Source: a virus
Length of the DNA: 64,000 nt
Strand: one strand, 5' to 3'
IMG/VR virus record: IMGVR_UViG_3300045988_170943
Span: 224,001-288,000 of that record
The notes under the pieces were generated by a model. The model did no database searches, had not been told where the DNA came from, and saw only the letters and a list, made by a program, of their open reading frames with translations. A program made the translations under genes and the position numbers. How positions within the stretch are numbered: the stretch's first letter is position 1; each line of letters opens with the position of its first letter. This document shows positions 8,225-17,043 of this stretch, piece by piece.

Positions 8225-10741
8225 ATGAGGGGCGGCAAGATGCTGACAAAGACACCGCAAAGGACCTACCCGGAGGAGACCCACCTGGTAGGGAAGGTCG
8301 TTGATATGACTGTGGCGCCGGAGGCCATGGGGCACATCGTGCAGCGGTTGACAGACATTTACGCCGACCCGCTGGTGGCTGCTGTCCGTGAGGTGGTGTC
8401 GAATGCTCAGGATGCCACCAAAGCCGCCGGTAGCGACCGTCTGGTTGAGGTCTCGTCCCCAACGTACAGCGACCCACACCTGACGGTCATCGATCATGGT
8501 ACGGGCATGACCCCTGACATCATGGAGTCCATCTACCTGACCTATGGTGTGTCCACGAAGAGCACAGACATGGGGCAGGTGGGTGCGTATGGGCTTGGCG
8601 CGAAGGCCCCGCTTGCCTACAGTGACCGGTTCCAGGTAACCAGTGTCCGGGGCGGGGTGAAGACGTTCGCTGAGATCTACCTGGATGACGCTGGGCCGCA
8701 CGCGAATGTTCGCACCGCCAGCACAGGGGGGCCGGACGGGACCATGGTGCGTATCCCCATTCAGGGGAAGGACTTCGAGAAAGCCAATGAGACACTAGCG
8801 TCGTACAGCAAGTACGGCGGCATGTCCCCCATCGTCATCAACGGCATCACCTATGACACGTGCAAGGATCTAGTGTATGTGGGAGAGGTGGTCCTGGATG
8901 CCGTGTCGGGTGTGAAGGGCGGCCTGTGGGTGCGCGACCCGTACACTGTCGGTGATGGCATACCGAGTCTGATTGATAACGTCATCCACCGGTGGGAGGA
9001 CCCGGAACTGGTTCTGTGCGGATACAAGTACAACCACAAAGGCGAGAAGGACGGCTACAGTCGCCTGACGGTGCAGATAGAGCCTGGCGTGGTAGACTTC
9101 CCGTCCTCCAGGGACACCATCATCAACAACAGTCGTCTCACTGATCTGGTTGGCAGTGTGAAGAACCAGGCCGCTGAGGGCGATCTGCTAACGAGGTTGC
9201 GGGCGATTCACGTGTCGCACCAGAAGCCCTGCAATGTGCACAAGGCTGCTGAGGGAAGCATGCTGCTGGCCCACAAGGATGGCACCATGAGCCTCGACGG
9301 GGAGGTGTTTGACCCTGCCCTGCTGGACGGCCCTATGGGGGTGGATGCGTCCAGGGTAATGCGTGAGCCTGGTAACGTGTTCGCCACTGTCCGGTTGGAC
9401 AAATATGAGCGCAAGTGCTTCACCCAGGTTGTTGACGACTATGATGGAGGCGAGACTGATGTGCCTTACCCGATAGTCGCGGGTGATGTCTATAGCGTGA
9501 GCGTGTTGAAACCAAAGGTGAAGGCCGCGTTCACCAAGGGTGCTGGGGTGTCGGCCCTGTCGTTCGTTGCGGGCATGAAGTACGACCCACTGCGCCCGAT
9601 CCTGGTGGGATGCTCCAGTGAACGGGATATCGAACATGTGATCCGGTGGCGTCAGGAGATCCTGAACACATACGGTAGCAAGGTTAACCTGTTCATGGTT
9701 CGTGGCACCCCAACCCTGAGTGACGCTGATGAGGCCCACCGGCACCTGTGGGACCCTAACGACACGCTCCGGGAGATGACCGCGACCGAACTGCTGGATA
9801 GTGTCGGAGCCACCGGCAAGAAGTCCCAGGCGACTGAGCGCATGTTCGATGGTGTCACCTTGTTTGACAACCGACACGAAACCGTGGTGACTTCCCGTGA
9901 AGTGACCGACCCTAGCGCGATCTATAGGTTCGGCTGCAACAGTGAAGATGCGTCCTCCACCAGGAACACACTGACTTTCCGTGATGTGACCAGTGACCCT
10001 AACACGCTGATCCTCATTGACAATAACCCCATATACTCCGATGTGAAAGACGTACTGAATGGCTACCTACACGCTGAGGGTGACAGAGCGCTAGAAGGTA
10101 AGCGCCTAGTCCAGGGGAAGTCGCTGACGAAGACTCTGCTCAGCGCGGTCCCGAAAGAACGGCTCCTTGTCGGTGGTGACCCACGTGTCCGCGATAAGAA
10201 CCTGCTGAAATCACTCGATGACCGCCGGTTCCGCCTCGACCACAAGTTCGATCACATGCTGGCCCAGGACAAGGCCATGATGATGGTCGCAGCATTGAAG
10301 CGCCACAGGTGCAGGACTCAAGCGTTCCTTCCTCACCTCGTCACAAAGGAGACGTACCCGAACCTGTGGGAGATGAACCAAATCCTTGGTGCAGTCAACA
10401 AGCACTACGGGAAGAAGGTGTTCATCCCGGATTACAGGGTGAAATACGGGCGCGTCATGGGTGAGGAGAACGCCGCATGGGTGGAGACCATCATCGCCAT
10501 GGAAAACTCCAGCGAATGGTCTTCCACTGGCCTGTTCCATGTGATCAACGACGTAAGGACCTACTACAGGGGAATGCCGCAGCGGGTCGTGAACGCAGTT
10601 ATGGGTGAGTTCGAGGCTGAATGCCAGAAGATCCTTGATAAGGGGCACCGTCGCGTGAAGGCCGACATGGAGGCACTTGAAGATGAGTCCATGGTTGAGA
10701 TGTTCCGGAAGAAGCAGTCCATTATCACCGAGCAGGTATGA
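8225..10741 (+). CDS. GHKL-superfamily ATPase (Hsp90/MORC-type HATPase_c_3 N-terminal domain) with a large C-terminal extension
   Basis: The N-terminus AAVREVVSNAQDATKAAGSDRLVEVS...TVIDHGTGMTPDIMESIYLTYGVSTK...GQVGAYGLGAKAPLAYSD matches the Bergerat-fold N/G1/G2 boxes of Hsp90 (IRELISNASDA ... D.GIGMT ... IGQFGVGFYS). The likely start is ATG 8225 or ATG 8240, the latter with a gagggg RBS. The ORF-track TTG at 8144 is probably an upstream extension. Confidence 0.6.
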   Translation: MRGGKMLTKTPQRTYPEETHLVGKVVDMTVAPEAMGHIVQRLTDIYADPLVAAVREVVSNAQDATKAAGSDRLVEVSSPTYSDPHLTVIDHGTGMTPDIMESIYLTYGVSTKSTDMGQVGAYGLGAKAPLAYSDRFQVTSVRGGVKTFAEIYLDDAGPHANVRTASTGGPDGTMVRIPIQGKDFEKANETLASYSKYGGMSPIVINGITYDTCKDLVYVGEVVLDAVSGVKGGLWVRDPYTVGDGIPSLIDNVIHRWEDPELVLCGYKYNHKGEKDGYSRLTVQIEPGVVDFPSSRDTIINNSRLTDLVGSVKNQAAEGDLLTRLRAIHVSHQKPCNVHKAAEGSMLLAHKDGTMSLDGEVFDPALLDGPMGVDASRVMREPGNVFATVRLDKYERKCFTQVVDDYDGGETDVPYPIVAGDVYSVSVLKPKVKAAFTKGAGVSALSFVAGMKYDPLRPILVGCSSERDIEHVIRWRQEILNTYGSKVNLFMVRGTPTLSDADEAHRHLWDPNDTLREMTATELLDSVGATGKKSQATERMFDGVTLFDNRHETVVTSREVTDPSAIYRFGCNSEDASSTRNTLTFRDVTSDPNTLILIDNNPIYSDVKDVLNGYLHAEGDRALEGKRLVQGKSLTKTLLSAVPKERLLVGGDPRVRDKNLLKSLDDRRFRLDHKFDHMLAQDKAMMMVAALKRHRCRTQAFLPHLVTKETYPNLWEMNQILGAVNKHYGKKVFIPDYRVKYGRVMGEENAAWVETIIAMENSSEWSSTGLFHVINDVRTYYRGMPQRVVNAVMGEFEAECQKILDKGHRRVKADMEALEDESMVEMFRKKQSIITEQV

Positions 10742-10903
10742 TGCCCTAGAGGAAAGGCAGAGCCCAGGCCACAACAGGGGCACATGCAAGATTGGAAAAT
10801 AGTGAAAAAGACACACCACGCCTGTGCAGTTTAGCCCCAACGCTACCCCTCTGACCTGACCCCACCCCCTTTGGCGTCAAGCACCCACCTAGGAGAAGCA
10901 AGC

Positions 10904-11950
10904 ATGTACGACTTCGACTCGATCACCACCAGTCAGGTCACTCTACCCTACCGAGACAGGCCCTACCTGAGAACCAACTACAGTGACCCGCACCTGGCCG
11001 GTTACGAGGTCACAGTAGTTGAGGACACGCGACTGGACCGACCCGAGAACATGGGTGACGAAGGAGTGCGGTGCCTGACCCTGATCGCCCGGTTCCCGAG
11101 GTGCATCCTCCCAGAAGTGAATACGCACCGGGTCATCTCCAAGAACAGTGCCTCCAGCCGCGCCAGAAGCGTCAAAGCAACCATTGGTGCCGTCATGCGT
11201 GACCCCTATGTGCCCCTATTCACCTCCAACCAGAAAGGCATGTCCGGCAGGTTCCTAACCGGCAGGAAACGTGACGCCGCAGAGACAAGGTGGCTGGCGG
11301 GCCGCGACCTAGCCGTCTCCACTGAACTATCCCTCCTAACAGGTAAGCCACTAGACCCGGATCTGTACCTCGACTGGGAGGGCCGCCTAGACTCCTACTA
11401 CAAGGACGTCTACCAGGCGGATACCCCAGGAGCGTATGCTTTAAGCGTCCACAAACAGAACGCGAACCGAGTCATCGAACCATACATGTGGCATGAGGCC
11501 CTACTGACCTCAACCATGTGGGACAACTTCATCCATCTGCGTACCGACCTGGCGACAGCCCAGCCAGAGATCGTAGCCCTGGCGCGGCTCATCCAGGCAG
11601 CCCTGAAGGAATCTACCCCGGACACGTCATGGATCCACCTGCCGTTTGCTAAAAACCGCCCCCAGGAGACCACCGATTTTGTGTCTCTACGTGACGAACT
11701 GATGATGGCAGCCACCCAGTGCGCCCAAATCTCATACCGGGACAAGTCCACCGCAACAGCCTCCACCGCCACCACCGCCCTAGGTGAGCGACTACTGGCG
11801 TCAGGTCACATGTCACCGTTCGAGCACGTAGCGTTCGACGCCCGGAAGTACGCCGAGTTCACAGATGAAGACCTACCTAGGGACGCTCAGCGGCTACGCA
11901 GCAACCTTGGTGACGAGTGGGTGCAGTTACGGCACGCCCTCACCAGGTAG
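10904..11950 (+). CDS. thyX: flavin-dependent thymidylate synthase ThyX
   Basis: ThyX signature ...NTHRVISKNSASSRARS... (RHR...S.S.R motif). ATG at 10904 preceded by aggagaag. The ORF-track TTG at 10871 is an upstream extension. Confidence 0.8.
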   Translation: MYDFDSITTSQVTLPYRDRPYLRTNYSDPHLAGYEVTVVEDTRLDRPENMGDEGVRCLTLIARFPRCILPEVNTHRVISKNSASSRARSVKATIGAVMRDPYVPLFTSNQKGMSGRFLTGRKRDAAETRWLAGRDLAVSTELSLLTGKPLDPDLYLDWEGRLDSYYKDVYQADTPGAYALSVHKQNANRVIEPYMWHEALLTSTMWDNFIHLRTDLATAQPEIVALARLIQAALKESTPDTSWIHLPFAKNRPQETTDFVSLRDELMMAATQCAQISYRDKSTATASTATTALGERLLASGHMSPFEHVAFDARKYAEFTDEDLPRDAQRLRSNLGDEWVQLRHALTR

Positions 11951-12050
11951 GACACCACCAACACTTACTTACCTCTCACCTACCTTCACCCTTCCCTGCT
12001 ACTTGGCTCTTGCTCATAGCATTAATGGGATAAGAGTGGAAAAGACACAA

Positions 12051-12099
12051 GGTAAGCCGCCTGCAAGCGTACTGAGATGCGTCTTGCAGGCGGCTTACC
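12051..12099. terminator. perfect 17-bp stem-loop downstream of thyX
   Basis: ggtaagccgcctgcaag / cttgcaggcggcttacc around a 15-nt loop. The + strand has only a weak U-tract after it; the - strand has tgtcttttcc. Confidence 0.45.
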
Positions 12100-12191
12100 T
12101 GCTTCTAGGACAAAATGCTTAGATACTAGGCCAGAACACTTGATGAATACCCACGAAAACACGGTAGGGTCAGGCAGAGAAGGTACGACAC

Positions 12192-12761
12192 ATGTGGCAT
12201 TTCAGCACTAAAAAGGACGGGGTGATGCCTTGCGGCGCCAAGACTCCAGACAAGTGCGACTACAAGGACCAGCCCCACTTCGCTACAGAGCAGGAGGCAA
12301 ACCGGGCATGGCATGAGACGAAACAGATCACTCACGGCCTGTTCGCCAACGCCAGCAGCAGAAACAGAAGAAAAACGGTCAAACACCCCACTAACATCAC
12401 CCACGGGGAGGACCCGGCAGCCAAGACACAGGGGACCAACACCCAAAACCAGCAGGCCAGCCGTGACACGCGGAACGAGCCTGACCGTGACGACAGGCGG
12501 ATTCAAGCACTGACCTCAATGACCCCAGACGAGGCCAGGCGCTACATCTCCAGCAGCCCAACGAGAGAAGAGATCACCGCTAACATCGTGGGCTCCAGGA
12601 TCAGTGAACTGGGCGTCAAGGTCGGTCACGTGAAGAGAGCCGCCACCAACGGGCACTGCGACACGGAAACACTACGATCCTATGCCGAGTCCATCCAGGG
12701 GGATGTTGACGATACCGTTTCGCTAACGGAAGCGCTCATGTTCTCCAAGAGTGGCAACTAG
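12192..12761 (+). CDS. hypothetical protein whose N-terminal Cys/His module is paralogous to that of ORF 3579
   Basis: The N-terminus MWHFSTKKDGVMPCGAKTPDKCDYKDQPHFATEQEANRAW aligns with MYWHINTNKGNIVEPCGRTTGRCHFIEHYPSEEEARIASA of ORF 3579. ATG preceded by gagaaggtacgacac. Confidence 0.5.
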   Translation: MWHFSTKKDGVMPCGAKTPDKCDYKDQPHFATEQEANRAWHETKQITHGLFANASSRNRRKTVKHPTNITHGEDPAAKTQGTNTQNQQASRDTRNEPDRDDRRIQALTSMTPDEARRYISSSPTREEITANIVGSRISELGVKVGHVKRAATNGHCDTETLRSYAESIQGDVDDTVSLTEALMFSKSGN

Positions 12762-12873
12762 TGCTACAATGACAACCATCCTGTCGTCTCTGTTGTGTAA
12801 AGCGTAGAACAGCCTAGAACAGGGCGATAGGATCCAAGGCAAGAGAAAACACACCTGGAGAGAAGACAACAAA

Positions 12874-13413
12874 ATGGGGAGGATCAGCCCCGAGGTCAAG
12901 ACGGCCCGGAGGATCAGACGCAGACTCAAGGCCGTCTCCGGCACAGTGGCCACTATCATGGTGATAGCCGTCACCCTCATCATTAGCCTCTACGCTGCCG
13001 GTGTCCGCACCTCCTACACGGTGTCAGGGTCCATGGAGCCCACCATTTACCGGGGAGACCTCATCCTGTCCTCCACCCGGTACAACGCCATCGACAAGGG
13101 TGACATCATCGTCTATCAAGCACACTGGTTCCAAGACAAGCCAGTCCTCCACAGAGTCAAAGACAAGGCCCTCAACAAGGATACGGGCGAGTTTCGCGGC
13201 TACATCACACGCGGCGACAACAACGACGCGGACGACCCTGAAACCGTCACCCCCAGCCAAGTAACCTCAGAGGTCATGGCAGTCATCCCCTATGCTGGCT
13301 GGGTTATCAACCCGTGGACGTTCGCGGCCGCTGCCACCCTCGTCATAACACTGACCCTGGCGACGCTCATCAACTGGGAGCAGGTGGCGGCACGTAGAAG
13401 AAAAACACCCTGA
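12874..13413 (+). CDS. type I signal peptidase (S26 family, SipW/LepB-like)
   Basis: N-terminal TM anchor followed by the catalytic-Ser box SGSMEPTIYRGDLIL, and a downstream HRVKDK (Lys region). ATG with a ggagagaag RBS. Confidence 0.75.
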   Translation: MGRISPEVKTARRIRRRLKAVSGTVATIMVIAVTLIISLYAAGVRTSYTVSGSMEPTIYRGDLILSSTRYNAIDKGDIIVYQAHWFQDKPVLHRVKDKALNKDTGEFRGYITRGDNNDADDPETVTPSQVTSEVMAVIPYAGWVINPWTFAAAATLVITLTLATLINWEQVAARRRKTP

Positions 13414-13499
13414 CCCCAACCCTCTTTCCTCTATTCGGATTTGTGGGATATTGCCTACCTGACACAAGAAAGTCATGTCGGAGAGGCAGCAGGGCACCC

Positions 13500-13760
13500 A
13501 TGAGTTCATTCACCAAGTTAGTGGACGCAATCACGCAGCGCGCCACCGAACTAGAAGAAGCACCCAACGGTCGCCTCACCCTGGACGCCCTGTTCCTCAA
13601 AGCCCTCCACAAAACCATCAACGAGGTCCACAAGGGCGCTGAGCCTGACGACTTCACCGCCCTGGCCGTCATCAACCTTGTCATCATGGGCGCAGATGAG
13701 GGGCACACCGCCGAGGACATCAAGGCGTACATCACCCAGTTACGCACCGAGAGCAACTGA
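13500..13760 (+). CDS. small hypothetical protein
   Basis: ATG at 13500 with ggagagg upstream. The ORF-track start at 13443 is probably too long. Confidence 0.35.
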   Translation: MSSFTKLVDAITQRATELEEAPNGRLTLDALFLKALHKTINEVHKGAEPDDFTALAVINLVIMGADEGHTAEDIKAYITQLRTESN

Positions 13761-13850
13761 CCTCTGGTGAGACGCCAGCACAGCAGCAAAACACGACACC
13801 ACCACAACACCAACGGTAACAGTGATTGTGGTGCGTCTCAGGCGGGGAAG

Positions 13851-14396
13851 ATGATCGCCTGGGTAGACGTAGAATCAACCGGCACCAGCGCAGACAAAGA
13901 CATGATCCTGGAGGTTGGCGGCATCATCACCGACATGCAAGGCCACCAGGTCGGCGACGAGTACACAACCCTCATCAACGTGGACCCAGTGTCAACAGCA
14001 ATCGCACTCGCCGACACCAAGGTCCGCACAATGCACGACACCTCCGGACTGTGGGCCGCACTCTGGTCCACCCCCAGCACCAACCTCAACCAGGTGGACG
14101 CCCAAATGGCTCACTGGATCGACACCACCACCCACGGGACACCAGTCCTCCTTGGTGGAAACTCCCCACACCTGGACCGCAACCTGATCTCAGTGAACCT
14201 GCCAGCAACCTACAGTCGCCTATCGCACAGAAGCATCGACGTCACCTCAATCGCCCTCATGCTCCAAGAGAACACGCCCATCAGCCGCTACCAGAAGAGT
14301 GGAACCCACAGGGCCCTGGAGGACGCTAGAGACTCCCTCAACGAGTACCGCTACTACCTGACCCAGTTAAACGGCCACCCACACCCCTGGGCCTGA
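13851..14396 (+). CDS. orn: oligoribonuclease (DEDDh 3'-5' exonuclease, Orn-like)
   Basis: IAWVDVESTG (Exo I DxE), GNSPHLDRNLI (Exo II) and HRALEDARDSLNEYRYY (Exo III H..D + YYR) are collinear with E. coli Orn (WIDLEMTG / GNSIGQDR / HQAMDDIRESVAELAYY). The ATG at 13851 is preferred over the ORF-track GTG at 13767. Confidence 0.8.
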   Translation: MIAWVDVESTGTSADKDMILEVGGIITDMQGHQVGDEYTTLINVDPVSTAIALADTKVRTMHDTSGLWAALWSTPSTNLNQVDAQMAHWIDTTTHGTPVLLGGNSPHLDRNLISVNLPATYSRLSHRSIDVTSIALMLQENTPISRYQKSGTHRALEDARDSLNEYRYYLTQLNGHPHPWA

Positions 14397-14542
14397 AATA
14401 CGACACAAGAGGTGTGGGTCAAATCAGGTGGCCGGTGACTACCCAGAGCAAAGACCACCTCATAGTGTGACGCGGGTAGGATGACAGCCGACACGCACCA
14501 ACAACCAAGTAACATAGCAAACCCCTACAGATGAGGTAATGA

Positions 14543-14794
14543 ATGTCTGTCACCGTCTACACACTCCCCCACTGCTCCCAGTGCGAGGCAACCAAGCGTC
14601 TTCTCGACAAGAAGGGCGTCAGTTACACGGTCGCCGACCTGGACGGCGACAAACTGGCCGAGTTCAAGGCCCGCGGCCACCAGCAGGCACCCATCGTGAT
14701 CACCAGCGACGGCCAGGAGTGGAGCGGACTACGCCGAGACCTGATCGAGACCCTAACTGTTGAGGGTGAGTCCGAGAACCCATGGAACTTCTGA
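14543..14794 (+). CDS. nrdH: NrdH-like glutaredoxin
   Basis: YTLPHCSQCEATKRLL CxxC redox motif in an ~80-aa thioredoxin-fold protein. RBS gaggtaatgaATG. Confidence 0.8.
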   Translation: MSVTVYTLPHCSQCEATKRLLDKKGVSYTVADLDGDKLAEFKARGHQQAPIVITSDGQEWSGLRRDLIETLTVEGESENPWNF

Positions 14795-14850
14795 TACCCT
14801 GAGTTGATATAATAGAGCATGAGCGACAAAGATGATCCGCTCACAAGGCA

Positions 14851-14910
14851 AACCGCCCGCCGGTCCTCCTCCCTCCCCCTTTCCCAGGACCGGCGGGCGG
14901 TTTCTTCATC
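14851..14910 (+). terminator. rho-independent terminator after nrdH
   Basis: 17-bp stem aaccgcccgccggtcct / aggaccggcgggcggtt followed by tttcttcatc. Confidence 0.6.
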
Positions 14911-14984
14911 CCTGAACCCGGGTATCCTGACAAAGTAGGCACCACACGAGCAACACGAGATGGGAACACAAGGGGGCGGCACGC

Positions 14985-16862
14985 ATGATAGAAGGGGAAG
15001 GCTTCAAGAACGCGGTAGCGGAGATCAAGCACGCATACGACATCCGCGACTACATTGAGGCCGCTGGGGTAACTCTCAAACCGGCCGGTGCGGGCAGGTG
15101 GAAAGGGCTATGCCCGTTCCACGACGAGAAAACCCCCTCCTTCACTGTTGACGAGTCCTTCCAGAACTACAGGTGCTTCGGGTGTGGCGCGAGCGGGGAC
15201 CTCATCACCTTCACCCAGGAGCATGATGGGCTAGGTTTCATGGATGCCCTCACCATGCTCGCCGCCGATAAAGGCATCACCATCCCAGACGCCAAAAGCA
15301 AGGATGATGACACGCTCAGTGTTGACTACGCTGCGTTACGTGAGTGCGTGCGGGCGGCAGCGAACTACTTCTGGACTCAGTACCGAAAACTGCCTGAGGA
15401 GCACCCGGCTGTACGTGAGGTCACCAGCCGTGGACTCAACCCGAACTCCGGCATGTACGGCTACGCCCCAGAAGGCAGGACAGACCTCTACCAGCATCTC
15501 AAGTCCAGAGGGTTCAGTGACGACACCATCATCACCGTGGGTGTCTGCTCACGTACCGAACGCGGTAGCATCATCGACTTCTGGTCCGGGCGCCTCATCT
15601 TCTACATTCAGGACACTATGGGGAAAGTCGTCGGATTTTCCGGCCGGAGGCTTTACGACACAGACTTCAAACAGGGAAAGTACGTCAACTCTCCCGCCAC
15701 ACCCCTGTTCCACAAGTCGAAGATCCTGTACAACCTGCCCCAGGCTCGCAAGAACCTCAAAAACAGCAGCACCCTGTATGTGGCAGAGGGACAGTTCGAC
15801 GTGATCGCCCTGGCCGAATCCGGTATCGGCGCGGTCGTTGCCGGACTGGGGACAGCATTCACACCCGAGCAAGGATCCCTATGCCGCCGAATGGTTGGCG
15901 ACGACGGCCGGATCGTGTTCTGTTTCGACGGGGACCAGGCCGGGATCAAGGCCGCCCTCAAGGTATTCACCAACGTGCCAGTTGTCCACTCATGCGCCTA
16001 TGTGTCCGCAATGCCGGAAAGCACCGACCCATGCGACCTGAGAATGAAGGAAGGCCCTGACGCACTCAAGGAGCATGTGGAGACTCATCAGGTTCCGCTC
16101 GCTGAGTTCGTCCTTGACGCTGCCGCACAAGACTACAACCTGGGCGACACCAGCCAGCGAGCCAGGTACATTGAGCGTGCCGCCAGCGTCATCAAGACGA
16201 TCTCCTCCCATATCCTGAGTGAAGAAATGATCAGGAAAGTGTCACTGGACACATTCTCCCCCACTGAGGTCATCAGGGACGCAGTAAACCGGGCTGAGCG
16301 GGTCACCGCAGACGCCTTCGATCAGGCCACCACCCCACGCGACACCACACCTGAACGCCCCGACCTCGACGACCCCAGCAGCAATAACGACAGCATCAGT
16401 GGTAGGACGGTTGTAGACCAGGACGACACTATCAGCCTCATCGACACTGACTCCACGTATGCGGCAGCAGCCCGAAGCATACTCCTTGCCATACGGTTCC
16501 CCCAGTTCCGGGAAGAGACCATCAAACAGCACAAGGTGTTCCCGCCCGCACTCCTCCCCATGCTGAAAGATCTACACCAGGCGTGCACCAGAGAACGCAT
16601 AATCCCAGAGGACTTCACCCACACGAAGATCGCCACCCACATCATGTCCGCGAACCTCATCCCAACCATGACCATCATGAGTGACGACGAGACAAGTCAC
16701 CTAAACGCCTACCTGCTGCGCTACCTCACCAAAGCCAAGGACGCGGATCAGAAACGCAAGGTGCAAGAGGCCATCATGGCGACACTCAACAGCAGCGAAT
16801 CCTCTATCAGCATGCTACGCAAAGCCATCAGCGAGGAGAACCGGCTACTCGGGAAACAATAA
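14985..16862 (+). CDS. dnaG: DNA primase DnaG (CHC2 zinc finger + Toprim)
   Basis: Zinc-binding CPFHDEKTPSFTV...YRCFGCGASGD, then a Toprim block LYVAEGQFDVIAL ... FCFDGDQAG. Confidence 0.85.
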   Translation: MIEGEGFKNAVAEIKHAYDIRDYIEAAGVTLKPAGAGRWKGLCPFHDEKTPSFTVDESFQNYRCFGCGASGDLITFTQEHDGLGFMDALTMLAADKGITIPDAKSKDDDTLSVDYAALRECVRAAANYFWTQYRKLPEEHPAVREVTSRGLNPNSGMYGYAPEGRTDLYQHLKSRGFSDDTIITVGVCSRTERGSIIDFWSGRLIFYIQDTMGKVVGFSGRRLYDTDFKQGKYVNSPATPLFHKSKILYNLPQARKNLKNSSTLYVAEGQFDVIALAESGIGAVVAGLGTAFTPEQGSLCRRMVGDDGRIVFCFDGDQAGIKAALKVFTNVPVVHSCAYVSAMPESTDPCDLRMKEGPDALKEHVETHQVPLAEFVLDAAAQDYNLGDTSQRARYIERAASVIKTISSHILSEEMIRKVSLDTFSPTEVIRDAVNRAERVTADAFDQATTPRDTTPERPDLDDPSSNNDSISGRTVVDQDDTISLIDTDSTYAAAARSILLAIRFPQFREETIKQHKVFPPALLPMLKDLHQACTRERIIPEDFTHTKIATHIMSANLIPTMTIMSDDETSHLNAYLLRYLTKAKDADQKRKVQEAIMATLNSSESSISMLRKAISEENRLLGKQ

Positions 16863-17043
16863 GATGACGAAGCCCCAACTAACACGCAACCTGGAACCGA
16901 TCACACCAACCACACTCTGACCCCAGCCAAGAGGTACCAGAGGAAACACCAGAAACTTCCCCACATCCTTAAACTAACGCCACGATATTTCGGTGAGCGC
17001 CCACCTATGGGGGGTTAAACCAGCGAGGACGAAAGACAGGGCA

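Noticed and set aside
13826-14329. 167-aa Arg/His/Pro-rich + strand ORF in an alternative frame over the oligoribonuclease gene. Similar alternative-frame ORFs were seen at 15244-15804 and 32266-33120.
   Set aside because: Each overlaps a motif-supported gene in another frame, and the composition is typical of off-frame translation of GC-rich coding DNA.
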